Assembly: GCA_045648245.1 (NCBI GenBank)
Contig: JAZRNS010000078.1
Location: 178 to 64,177 of the forward strand
From: Faecousia sp.
GTDB lineage: Bacteria > Bacillota > Clostridia > Oscillospirales > Oscillospiraceae
Direction of reading: 5' to 3'
Length of the DNA stretch: 64,000 nt
In this document: positions 25,999-35,077 of the stretch, one piece after another
Layout: every line of letters starts with the position of its first letter
Numbering within the stretch: the stretch's first letter is position 1
The notes under the pieces: generated by a model
Seen by the model: the letters and a program-made list of their open reading frames with translations, nothing else
The model's database searches: none
What the model was told of the DNA's origin: nothing
Program-made: the position numbers and the translations under genes

Positions 25999-27460
25999 AC
26001 AGTATGAGACAAATTAAGCCGGATGCGCCTTCGTTGACGATTTTCGACAGTGTGCCGCGGAATTTTTCCCGCACATCCTCCGGTGTTCGTACAAGTTTTG
26101 CGGTAAGACCTTCCTGAATCAATGCATAAACCGATCTGCCAAAAATATTGCTTTCCCACAATTTTTCCGGGTCCTCGCCGGAAAGATAGGAAATAAGATC
26201 CTGCGATTGCTGTTCTCCGCCGACCATTGGGCTGATTTCTGTGTCAATATCCACACGAATCATGTGAATGGACGGTGCGCCCGCTTTCAGTTTTACACCG
26301 TAGGCATCGCCTTTGCGTACAACTTCCGGTGTCTGAAGCGTCATTTCATCTGCATTGGGCATAACAATTCCATAGCCGGTCGCCTTAACAGCCGATAGAG
26401 CATCAGAAATTTTATCGTATTCTTTTCGAATGGCAGATAGTTCCATAAGCAGCGCCAGCAGTTGACCGTCGTTTTCTATTTGTACATCTGCCTTGTTGCT
26501 AAGTATCTCGTAGAACAGCGCTTCCGGGAAACTAAGGGCGCAGGATACGGTTCCGGTGGACAGATCTACAGAACGGATAGAGAAGTCCAGAACCGATTCC
26601 AGATCTTTTAGCTGGGGCAGTGAGATTTCTGCATGTGCCAAAGTGCTGATTTCTTCTGCCCGTTGCAAAAGCGCTTCGTAAAGAGAGGATTTGATCGGGT
26701 TATCAGATTCCAGCGCATCTAACCAACGGGGCAGATAAACCCGAAGCTCTGACATGGGAAAGGCGTATAGAACATCCTTTAATAGCTTGCGAATGTCTTC
26801 TTTATCCAGTGCCTGACAATCCATGGCGATGGCTTGAACACCAAAGTTATCATAAATGGACTTTATAACGGACCGGGCAGTATCCTCGGACGGATACTTG
26901 GAATTGACAATAACCAAGAAAGGCTTGCCGGTTGCCTGCATATCCTCTATGGCCCGTTTTTCTGCATCCCTGTAATCTGCGCGGGGGATATCGGTGATTG
27001 TGCCGTCTGTTGTTACTACGAACCCCATAGAGCAGTGTTCGTCCATAACCTTCTTGGTGCCCAGCTCTGCAGCTTCTGTCATAGGAATCTCGTAGTCATA
27101 CCAAGGGGTAGTAACCAAACGGGCAACGCCGTCTTCTTCAGCACCAACGGCACCATCTACCATGTAACCCACACTGTCAATCATGCGAACACGCAGCTTG
27201 GCTGTGCCGTCCGGTGAAATTTCCACAGCTTCCTCCGGCACAAACTTTGGTTCGCTGGTCATAATGGTTTTACCGGAACCGCTTTGGGGCAGTTCATCCC
27301 GGGCTCGTTCCCTCCGGTAGGGATCGTCAATGTTTGGGATCACCAGTTCTTCCATGATGCGCTTAATAAGTGTGGATTTTCCGGTCCGCACCGGACCAAC
27401 GACACCAATGTAAATATTACCGCCGGTACGAACAGATATATCCTGATAAATTGTTTCCAT
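25997..27460 (-). CDS. spoIVA: Stage IV sporulation protein A
   Basis: IYQDISVRTGGNIYIGVVGPVRTGKST, DELPQSGSGKTIMT, C-terminal GLICLIL; AGGAGG RBS. Confidence 0.95.
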   Translation of the reverse strand: METIYQDISVRTGGNIYIGVVGPVRTGKSTLIKRIMEELVIPNIDDPYRRERARDELPQSGSGKTIMTSEPKFVPEEAVEISPDGTAKLRVRMIDSVGYMVDGAVGAEEDGVARLVTTPWYDYEIPMTEAAELGTKKVMDEHCSMGFVVTTDGTITDIPRADYRDAEKRAIEDMQATGKPFLVIVNSKYPSEDTARSVIKSIYDNFGVQAIAMDCQALDKEDIRKLLKDVLYAFPMSELRVYLPRWLDALESDNPIKSSLYEALLQRAEEISTLAHAEISLPQLKDLESVLDFSIRSVDLSTGTVSCALSFPEALFYEILSNKADVQIENDGQLLALLMELSAIRKEYDKISDALSAVKATGYGIVMPNADEMTLQTPEVVRKGDAYGVKLKAGAPSIHMIRVDIDTEISPMVGGEQQSQDLISYLSGEDPEKLWESNIFGRSVYALIQEGLTAKLVRTPEDVREKFRGTLSKIVNEGASGLICLIL

Positions 27461-27487
27461 ATCCAGCCTCCTTCCATTGTCTAAGAA

Positions 27488-27516
27488 AGAGTATGTCCCT
27501 GCGGTGGCGAATAGAA
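27488..27516 (-). promoter_or_regulatory. SigE-type mother-cell promoter of spoIVA
   Basis: Minus strand TTCTATT-N14-CATACTCT; spoIVA is a known SigE-regulon gene. Confidence 0.55.
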
Positions 27517-27557
27517 CATCCATAGGAAAACAAATTTCCCATATATTGTGGTTAAGG

Positions 27558-27586
27558 TTGACTTTACGACACAAAATGCATATAAT
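27558..27586 (+). promoter_or_regulatory. SigA promoter of the topoisomerase operon
   Basis: TTGACT-N17-TATAAT. Confidence 0.7.
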
Positions 27587-27623
27587 ATACTCGTTATATT
27601 ATGAGATTTGGCAGGTATGCAAA

Positions 27624-29606
27624 ATGGCAAGAACAAAACAGGAACAATACGGCAACTCCAGTATCTCCATGCTCAAGGGTGAGGAACGGGTGCGTAAGCG
27701 CCCTGCGGTTATCTTTGGTTCGGATGATCTGGAAGGTTGTAAGCATGCGGTATTTGAAATCCTTTCCAACGCCATCGATGAGGCAAGAGAGGGGCACGGT
27801 GATACCATCATCGTTACCCGCTATGAGGATTTGTCTGTAGAAGTTGAGGACTTTGGCCGTGGCTGCCCCGTTGACTATAACGAAAAAGAAAAGCGCTTCA
27901 ACTGGGAACTGGTGTTCTGTGAAATGTACGCCGGTGGTAAGTATGGTGAGAACGGCGAGAACTATGAATATTCTCTTGGCCTGAACGGATTGGGTTCTTG
28001 TGCTACCCAGTATGCATCAGAATTTTTCGATGCAACCATTCGCCGGGACGGATTCCGTTATGACCTTCATTTTGAAAAGGGCAGAAACAAAGGTGGCTTG
28101 AAGAAAGAACCTACCGACCGCAAGAAGACGGGTTCTTTGTTCCATTGGCGTCCGGACAAGCAGGTGTTTACGGATATTAACATTCCTGCAGAGTATTACC
28201 GGGATGTGCTGCGCCGTCAGGCAGTTGTGAACAAGGGCATTACCTTCCGCTTCCGCAATCAGGTTGGCAGCCGCTTTGAAACAGAGGAATTCTGCTATGA
28301 GAACGGCATCCAGCAGTATATTGAGGAGCTGGTAGGGGACAATGCATTTACCATGCCCGTTTTCTGGGAAACAGAGCGGCGGGGCAGAGATGCAGAGAAC
28401 CGTCCGGAAATGAAGCTGAAGATCACCACATCCTTCTGCTTCTCAAAACAGGTCAGCCACATGGAGTACTATCATAACTCCTCCTGGCTGGAGTACGGCG
28501 GCAGCCCCGACAGGGCGGTACGCCTTGGCTTTACGGCTGCATTTGATAAGTACCTGCGGGATAATAATAAGTATACCAAAAACGAAAACAAGATCATTTT
28601 CCAAGACCTGCAGGATAGCCTGGTGTTGGTTACCAACTGTTTCTCCACCATTGGCTGTTTTGAAAACCAAACCAAGAAGTCTGTAAACTCTAAGTTTACC
28701 CAGGAGGCAATGACCGCCTTCTTTAAGGAACAGCTTCAGGTGTGGTTTATTGAGAATAAGCAGGAGGCGGACCGGGCTGCTGAGCAAATTCTGATCAATA
28801 AGCGCGCCAGAGAAAGTGCGGAAAAAACCCGAAGCAGCGTCAAAAAGAACCTGAGCGCCAAGGTGGATATTGCCAACCGGGTGCAAAAGTTTGTGGACTG
28901 CCGCAGCAAGGATACAGCTGTTCGCGAGCTGTATATCGTTGAGGGCGATTCTGCATTGGGTAGTGTTAAGCTGAGCCGCGATGCGGAATTTCAGGGTATT
29001 ATGCCTGTGCGCGGTAAGATCCTCAACTGCCTGAAGGCGGACTATAACAAAATCTTTGCATCTCCTATTATTACGGATCTTATGAAGGTTCTTGGCTGCG
29101 GTGTAGAACTGCAGGGGAAAAAGGCAAAAGAACTTTCTTCCTTTGATATTGATAATCTGCGCTGGAATAAGGTGGTTATCTGTACGGACGCCGATGTGGA
29201 CGGATTCCAGATCCGCACCTTGATCCTGACAATGCTGTATCGCCTTTGTCCTACATTGATTCGGGATGGCTATGTGTATATTGCAGAATCTCCTCTGTTT
29301 GAGATCACCTGTAAGGAGCAGACATGGTTTGCTTACAATGAACAGGAAAAGGCAAAAATCCTGAATGAACTGGAAGGGAAGAAGGTTACCATTCAGCGGT
29401 CCAAGGGTCTTGGTGAGAACGATCCGGAAATGATGTGGATGACAACCATGAATCCCGAGACCCGCAGACTCATTAAGGTCATGCCGGAGGATGCAGAGCG
29501 TACAGCGCATTATTTTGATGTGCTGCTGGGCGATGCCCTTGCGGAACGAAAGAACTTTATTGCAGAAAACGGTGCCAGATATTTGGAACTGGCAGACATC
29601 TCTTAA
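27624..29606 (+). CDS. Type IIA topoisomerase B subunit (GyrB/ParE-like, probably topo IV)
   Basis: VRKRPA, EILSNAIDE (GHKL), ELYIVEGDSALGS, PVRGKILN, TDADVDG, KGLGE. Confidence 0.9.
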   Translation: MARTKQEQYGNSSISMLKGEERVRKRPAVIFGSDDLEGCKHAVFEILSNAIDEAREGHGDTIIVTRYEDLSVEVEDFGRGCPVDYNEKEKRFNWELVFCEMYAGGKYGENGENYEYSLGLNGLGSCATQYASEFFDATIRRDGFRYDLHFEKGRNKGGLKKEPTDRKKTGSLFHWRPDKQVFTDINIPAEYYRDVLRRQAVVNKGITFRFRNQVGSRFETEEFCYENGIQQYIEELVGDNAFTMPVFWETERRGRDAENRPEMKLKITTSFCFSKQVSHMEYYHNSSWLEYGGSPDRAVRLGFTAAFDKYLRDNNKYTKNENKIIFQDLQDSLVLVTNCFSTIGCFENQTKKSVNSKFTQEAMTAFFKEQLQVWFIENKQEADRAAEQILINKRARESAEKTRSSVKKNLSAKVDIANRVQKFVDCRSKDTAVRELYIVEGDSALGSVKLSRDAEFQGIMPVRGKILNCLKADYNKIFASPIITDLMKVLGCGVELQGKKAKELSSFDIDNLRWNKVVICTDADVDGFQIRTLILTMLYRLCPTLIRDGYVYIAESPLFEITCKEQTWFAYNEQEKAKILNELEGKKVTIQRSKGLGENDPEMMWMTTMNPETRRLIKVMPEDAERTAHYFDVLLGDALAERKNFIAENGARYLELADIS

Positions 29607-29618
29607 GTGAGGTCTAGT

Positions 29619-31868
29619 ATGGCACGAAAGAAGAAAGAACCGGAACAGAATAAGAAAAAGATCAACACGGACGGCATTATGGGACTGGTGGGATCTACCA
29701 CCGAGCAGGCGATTTCTGAAACACTGGAAATCAACTACATGCCCTATGCCATGTCGGTTATCGTATCCCGTGCGATCCCGGAGATCGACGGCTTTAAGCC
29801 CTCCCACAGAAAGCTGCTGTACACCATGTACAAGATGGGTCTTCTGAACGGCGCAAAAACCAAATCTGCCAATATTGTTGGTCAGACCATGCGATTAAAT
29901 CCCCACGGCGATGCGGCGATCTACGAAACAATGGTCCGTTTGGCAAAGGGCAACGAGACCCTGTTGCATCCCTTTGTAGACTCTAAGGGTAACTTTGGTA
30001 AGGTCTACTCTCGGGATATGGCTTATGCCGCATCCCGTTATACCGAAGCAAAGCTTGACAGCATTTGCACAGAATTATTCCGGGATATCGACTCGGATAC
30101 CGTCGATATGGTAGATAACTACGACGCTACCATGAAGGAGCCCAGCTTGCTTCCTACCACATTTCCCAATGTGCTGGTGTCTGCAAATCAGGGCATTGCG
30201 GTTGGTATGGCAAGTAATATCTGCTCATTTAATCTGGCGGAGGTTTGTAATACAGCCATTGCCCTAATGAATAATCCCGAGCATGATGTGTTAGAAACAT
30301 TGCCCGGACCGGACTTTTCCACAGGCGCAGAACTGTTGTTTGATGAAATGGCAACCCGAGAGATTTACTCCACAGGCAGGGGTAGCTTTAAGCTTCGGGC
30401 GAAGTGGCGCTATGAGAAGAAGGAAAATGTGATCGAGATCTACGAGATTCCTTACTCCACCACCAGCGAAGCCATTATGGACAAGGTAGCGGAGTTGATC
30501 AAGGCCGGTAAGATCCGTGAGATCAATGATATGCGTGATGAAACAGACCTGAACGGTTTGAAGCTGGCCATCGATCTGAAGCGGGGAACCGATCCGGAAA
30601 AGCTGATGCAAAAGCTGTTCCGGCTGACTCCTCTGCAGGATTCCTTTGCCTGTAACTTCAATATCCTGATTGCCGGCATGCCCAGAGTTATGGGCATTGG
30701 TGAGATTTTGGAGGAGTGGACCGCGTGGCGTACCGATTGTGTTAAGCGCCGCCTGTACCACCAGATCCAAAAGAAGGAAGAACGCTTGCATCTGCTCAAA
30801 GGCCTGGAGCGCATTTTGCTGGATATCGACAAGGCTATTGCAATCATTCGGGAAACAGAACTGGAAAGCGAAGTTGTGCCCAACCTGATGATCGGCTTCG
30901 GTATCGATGAAGTTCAGGCCAATTATGTAGCAGAGATCAAGCTGCGCAACATTAACAAGGAATATATTCTCAAGCAAACACGCAATGTTGCCGATCTTGA
31001 AAAGGAAATTCAGGAGCTGAAGGACACACTCAATAGTAACAGACGCCTGAAGAATGTAATCATTTCTGAACTTAAGGCTGTGGCGGATAAATACGGCCAG
31101 CCCCGTAAAACGGAGATTATTTACGATTCGTTGATGATCGAGCCTGAGGAAGAAGCCGAGGATATTCCGGATTATCCTGTAACCCTCTTTGTTTCCAAAG
31201 AAGGCTATTTGAAGAAGATCACCCAGCAGAGTCTGCGTATGTCCGGAGAGCAAAAGTTTAAGGAAGGGGATAGTTTGGCCTTTTCCAGAGAAACTAATAA
31301 CCGGGCAGAGATCTTGGTCTTCACTGATAAGTATCAATGCTACAAATCCCGTTTGTCTGATTTTGAAGATGGAAAAGCCTCTTTACTGGGTGATTATTTG
31401 CCACAGAAATTGGGTATGGATGCCGGGGAAAATGTACTGCAGGTAATTCTGCCCGGTGATTATAAGGGCTTTGTTCTGTTCTTCTTTGAAAACGGCAAGG
31501 CAGCAAAGGTACCCCTGTCTGCTTATGAGACAAAGACCAATCGCCGCAGATTGACCGGTGCATATTCTGATAAGAGTCCGTTGAAAACAGTTGTGGCGCT
31601 GGATACAGATTGTCAGATGGCTGTTTACACAACCGACAGCCGTGCAGCTGTATTCTCTACGGCGCAGTTGTTGCCCAAGACAACCAGAAATACCATAGGT
31701 GTCTCGGTTGTTACGCTGAAGAAAAAAGCCTCGTTAAGCCATGCTGTGCGGCTGGAGGAGAGCGGCATTGTGAATGCAAGCCGCTATCGTACCAGAAACC
31801 TGCCCACAGCAGGTGCGCTGATCAAGGAAGAGGATTCGGCTGAAAAGCAGATCGGTTTTGAAATTTAA
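29619..31868 (+). CDS. Type IIA topoisomerase A subunit (GyrA/ParC-like, no GyrA-box)
   Basis: YAMSVIVSRAIPEIDGFKP, PHGD, catalytic Tyr in AASRYTEA; no QRRGGKG-like GyrA-box seen. Confidence 0.9.
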   Translation: MARKKKEPEQNKKKINTDGIMGLVGSTTEQAISETLEINYMPYAMSVIVSRAIPEIDGFKPSHRKLLYTMYKMGLLNGAKTKSANIVGQTMRLNPHGDAAIYETMVRLAKGNETLLHPFVDSKGNFGKVYSRDMAYAASRYTEAKLDSICTELFRDIDSDTVDMVDNYDATMKEPSLLPTTFPNVLVSANQGIAVGMASNICSFNLAEVCNTAIALMNNPEHDVLETLPGPDFSTGAELLFDEMATREIYSTGRGSFKLRAKWRYEKKENVIEIYEIPYSTTSEAIMDKVAELIKAGKIREINDMRDETDLNGLKLAIDLKRGTDPEKLMQKLFRLTPLQDSFACNFNILIAGMPRVMGIGEILEEWTAWRTDCVKRRLYHQIQKKEERLHLLKGLERILLDIDKAIAIIRETELESEVVPNLMIGFGIDEVQANYVAEIKLRNINKEYILKQTRNVADLEKEIQELKDTLNSNRRLKNVIISELKAVADKYGQPRKTEIIYDSLMIEPEEEAEDIPDYPVTLFVSKEGYLKKITQQSLRMSGEQKFKEGDSLAFSRETNNRAEILVFTDKYQCYKSRLSDFEDGKASLLGDYLPQKLGMDAGENVLQVILPGDYKGFVLFFFENGKAAKVPLSAYETKTNRRRLTGAYSDKSPLKTVVALDTDCQMAVYTTDSRAAVFSTAQLLPKTTRNTIGVSVVTLKKKASLSHAVRLEESGIVNASRYRTRNLPTAGALIKEEDSAEKQIGFEI

Positions 31869-31886
31869 CATTAAGGGGTAAGGATC

Positions 31887-32747
31887 GTGATGAAACATCA
31901 GCGCACACTTTCTGTAGTGAAGACGATTGTAGGCTGTGTTCTGTTTGGCATGGGATTTAACCTGTTTTTACTTCCCAATGGTTTAAACGCTGGCGGTATA
32001 AGCGGTCTTTCCATGGCGCTTGTCCATGTACTTCGATTTGGTACGGTTGGTACATTCACCACAATCTTTAATCTGCCGCTTTTTGCATTGGCTGGATTAA
32101 AGATTGGAAAACAGTTTTTCTTCAGCTCCCTTTTGGGCATGATCCTATCCTCTGTATTTATCGATTTGTTTTCTATACTGCCTATTCCGGAAACAGAGCC
32201 GCTGATCGGTGCGCTATACGGCGGCGTAATGTGCGGCTTTGGTTTAGGATTGGTATTTTCCACCGGCGCATCTACCGGTGGATCGGACATTATTGTTCGT
32301 CTGTTAAAGCGGAAATGGCGCAATGTACCAATCGGCACGATCAATATTGTGTTTGACATGAGTGTAGCGCTGCTGACGGGTCTTGTGTTTCGGGACATTA
32401 CCCGTGCATTGTATAGTGGTGTTGCGATCTTTGTATCCGGAAAAGTTGTGGATGCAGTTGTTTATCGGTTTGATTATTCCAAGGTGGCTTTGATTATTAC
32501 CGGTAATTGTGAAGCGGTAGCAAAGCAGATCGCCTTGAAGCTGGACCGCGGCGCAACCTTTTTGCACGGCGAGGGATCCTATACCCATAAGGACACAAAG
32601 GTTGTATTAACTGCCGTGAAGCGTCAGCAGGTTGCAGAGCTAAAGCAGTTGGTGATCGAAATTGACCCCAATGCATTTATTATTATGCAGGAGGCCCATC
32701 AGGTGCTAGGCGACGGCTTCTCCCGATATTCAAAAGACGCGCTTTAG
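31887..32747 (+). CDS. YitT family membrane protein
   Basis: GGISG and STGGSDI repeats, RGATFLHGEGSYT, DPNAF, V.G.GF. Confidence 0.9.
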   Translation: MMKHQRTLSVVKTIVGCVLFGMGFNLFLLPNGLNAGGISGLSMALVHVLRFGTVGTFTTIFNLPLFALAGLKIGKQFFFSSLLGMILSSVFIDLFSILPIPETEPLIGALYGGVMCGFGLGLVFSTGASTGGSDIIVRLLKRKWRNVPIGTINIVFDMSVALLTGLVFRDITRALYSGVAIFVSGKVVDAVVYRFDYSKVALIITGNCEAVAKQIALKLDRGATFLHGEGSYTHKDTKVVLTAVKRQQVAELKQLVIEIDPNAFIIMQEAHQVLGDGFSRYSKDAL

Positions 32748-32770
32748 ATTCCTATTTAACTGAATAAAAA

Positions 32771-32824
32771 ATTATAGCAGAATTTTGAAAAAGGTATTGA
32801 CTTATTTCAAAATTCTGCTATAAT
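32771..32824 (+). promoter_or_regulatory. tRNA promoter embedded in a perfect 20-bp inverted repeat
   Basis: ATTATAGCAGAATTTTGAAA (32771-32790) / TTTCAAAATTCTGCTATAAT (32805-32824); TTGACT at 32797, TGcTATAAT ending 32824. Confidence 0.7.
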
Positions 32825-32836
32825 ACCACTTGTTCC

Positions 32837-32912
32837 GCGGGTGTAGCTCATCCGGTAGAGCGCCACCTTGCCAAGGTGGAGGTAGCGAGTTCGAGCCTCG
32901 TCACCCGCTCCA
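32837..32912 (+). tRNA. tRNA-Gly(GCC)
   Basis: Acceptor stem GCGGGTG/CACCCGC, anticodon arm CCACC-tt-GCC-aa-GGTGG, GTTCGA T-loop, encoded CCA; 76 nt. Confidence 0.97.
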
Positions 32913-32914
32913 TG

Positions 32915-32952
32915 AAAAGACCGTGATTGTATTACAATCACGGTCTTTTTTT
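32915..32952 (+). terminator. Terminator after tRNA-Gly
   Basis: AAAAGACCGTGATTGT-att-ACAATCACGGTCTTTT plus T-run. Confidence 0.85.
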
Positions 32953-32990
32953 GTTCAAGGCGGAAGAGGGTAAAAAACATCATATTTTCC

Positions 32991-33019
32991 TTGACTTTAG
33001 CAAACTAATGTGCTACCAT
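32991..33019 (+). promoter_or_regulatory. his operon promoter with overlapping HisR-type operator
   Basis: TTGACT-N17-TACCAT (extended TG); imperfect palindrome ACTTTAG-caaa-CTAATGT at 32994-33011. Confidence 0.65.
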
Positions 33020-33049
33020 ACTAACATGCTAAATTAAAGAGGTGCAAGA

Positions 33050-33343
33050 ATGATAAGATTTCGTTCGGAATCAGTTGACAGACTGTTTCAAACTATGTTA
33101 AACTTAAAAACCATCGAGGAGTGCTATGAATACTTCTCGGACATCTGCACGATCAAGGAAATACAGGATATGGCGCAGCGCCTGGATACCGCAATATTGT
33201 TGGAGAAAGGCCTAAGTTATCAAAAAATTATCGATCAAGTTGGTGTCAGCAGTGCGACCATTGGCCGTGTTAGTAAATGCTTGAATTATGGCAATGGCGG
33301 CTATCACATGGCGATTGAAAAATTGAAGGATTCAGGGAAATGA
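33050..33343 (+). CDS. YerC/YecD TrpR-related repressor (HisR)
   Basis: EECY.YFSDICTIKEI..MAQR, SSATIGRVSKCLNYGNGGY; first gene of the his operon. Confidence 0.85.
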   Translation: MIRFRSESVDRLFQTMLNLKTIEECYEYFSDICTIKEIQDMAQRLDTAILLEKGLSYQKIIDQVGVSSATIGRVSKCLNYGNGGYHMAIEKLKDSGK

Positions 33344-34464
33344 CAATGGAAAGAAATGAGCTTTTTTTGAGCTTTAATGAGAAGGTGATTTTCTCATTAC
33401 GCTCTTTGTTTTCCGCTTTGGGTTATACACAATATAAGATGAGTAAGTTTGAGGAGTATGACCTCTATGCTCGCAATAAGGATTTTCTGATATCGGATAG
33501 TGTAATTACTTTTACCGATACAAACGGAAAGCTGATGGCATTAAAGCCGGATGTTACCTTGTCTATTATTAAAAACATAAAAGATGACCCTGACGGCTTG
33601 CAGAAGGTGTTCTATAATGAAAATGTTTATAGAATATCAAAGGGAAGCCATACCTATAAGGAAATTATGCAGACCGGTTTGGAGTGCTTTGGAGACATTG
33701 ATTGCTACAGTCTTTGCGAAGTGATCACGCTGGCTGCAAAAAGCCTGAAAACGATTTCTGAGGATTTTGTTTTGGACATTTCCCATTTGGGATTAATTGA
33801 AAGTGTTTTGAAATGCTTCTTGATTCCTGATTTTGCCCATGAACAGATCGTTGGTTTCATCGGTCAAAAGAATACCCATGAGTTGGCAAGCATGTGTCGG
33901 GAACTGGGTATAGAAGAAGAAAAGACCGAAATTCTTAAAATGCTGGTCAATACCTGTGGCAGACCTGAGGCAGTTCTTGATTTGCTGGAAAGTACGTTGA
34001 CCGGCAAAGTGGATATTGCGCCCATTTACCAGCTAAGGTCAGTTTTGGGTGCCATAGATCCGTCTGTATTGCCTAATCTTCGAATTGATTTCTCTGTTGT
34101 AAACGATATTAAGTACTATAATGGTATCGTATTCAAAGGCTTTATTGAGGGGATTCCCACCAGCGTGCTTTCTGGCGGACAGTATGACAAGCTTATGAAA
34201 AAGATGGGACACCGATCTGGTGCTGTGGGCTTTGCAGTCTATCTGGACATGCTGGAACGGTTTAATCTGCCGAAGGAAGAATATGATGTTGATATTTTGG
34301 TGCTCTATAATGAAGAATCGGATTTGGCAAAGCTTAACTGCTACGTAGATTCCCTGTTGAAGAACGGACAAAGGGTTTCTGTATGCAAGAAGGTACCTGT
34401 CAACACAAAATTCCGCAAACTGATCAATTATAACAGCGAGGTAGCTGATTGTGAAAATGCTTAA
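33340..34464 (+). CDS. hisZ: ATP phosphoribosyltransferase regulatory subunit
   Basis: LKPDVT, EIMQTGLE, YYNGIVF, GGQYD; precedes short-form hisG. Confidence 0.9.
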   Translation: MTMERNELFLSFNEKVIFSLRSLFSALGYTQYKMSKFEEYDLYARNKDFLISDSVITFTDTNGKLMALKPDVTLSIIKNIKDDPDGLQKVFYNENVYRISKGSHTYKEIMQTGLECFGDIDCYSLCEVITLAAKSLKTISEDFVLDISHLGLIESVLKCFLIPDFAHEQIVGFIGQKNTHELASMCRELGIEEEKTEILKMLVNTCGRPEAVLDLLESTLTGKVDIAPIYQLRSVLGAIDPSVLPNLRIDFSVVNDIKYYNGIVFKGFIEGIPTSVLSGGQYDKLMKKMGHRSGAVGFAVYLDMLERFNLPKEEYDVDILVLYNEESDLAKLNCYVDSLLKNGQRVSVCKKVPVNTKFRKLINYNSEVADCENA

Positions 34465-35077
34465 TGTAGCGCTGCCCAAGGGCAGATTGGGAGAGAAAGT
34501 ATATGCCATGTTCGAAACTGCAGGCTTTGAATGTCCGTCTATAAAGGAGAATAACCGCAAGCTGATATTTGAGAATCAAGAGGTCGGTGTGCGCTATTTT
34601 TGGGTCAAGCCCTCTGATGTTGCAATCTACGTTGAACGTGGGGCAGCAGACGTAGGCGTTGCGGGTAAGGATATTCTGCTGGAGTATTCACCGGATGTAT
34701 ACGAGCTGCTGGATCTGGATATTGGCAAATGCCGCATGGCGGTGGCAGCAAAGAAGAATTTCCGTTATGATATGAGCCGCACACTGCGTGTTGCCACAAA
34801 GTTTAAGAATATTGCCAGTACCCATTATTTATCCAAAGGTATGGATATTGATATTATCCATTTAAATGGATCTATTGAAATAGCGCCGATTCTTGATCTT
34901 TCTGATGTCATTGTGGATATTGTGGAGACGGGAACGACCTTGAGAGAGAATGATTTAGAGGTGTTTGAGGAGATTGTGCCTATCAGCGCCCGCCTGATTG
35001 CGAATAAAACAAGCTATAAGTTTAAAGCGGAGGCGATCGAGAAAATTGTCGCTGGCATCTCCGGAGGAAAGTTATGA
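34451..35077 (+). CDS. hisG: ATP phosphoribosyltransferase (short form)
   Basis: VALPKGRL, GSIEIAP, DIVETGTTLREN. Confidence 0.95.
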   Translation: MKMLNVALPKGRLGEKVYAMFETAGFECPSIKENNRKLIFENQEVGVRYFWVKPSDVAIYVERGAADVGVAGKDILLEYSPDVYELLDLDIGKCRMAVAAKKNFRYDMSRTLRVATKFKNIASTHYLSKGMDIDIIHLNGSIEIAPILDLSDVIVDIVETGTTLRENDLEVFEEIVPISARLIANKTSYKFKAEAIEKIVAGISGGKL

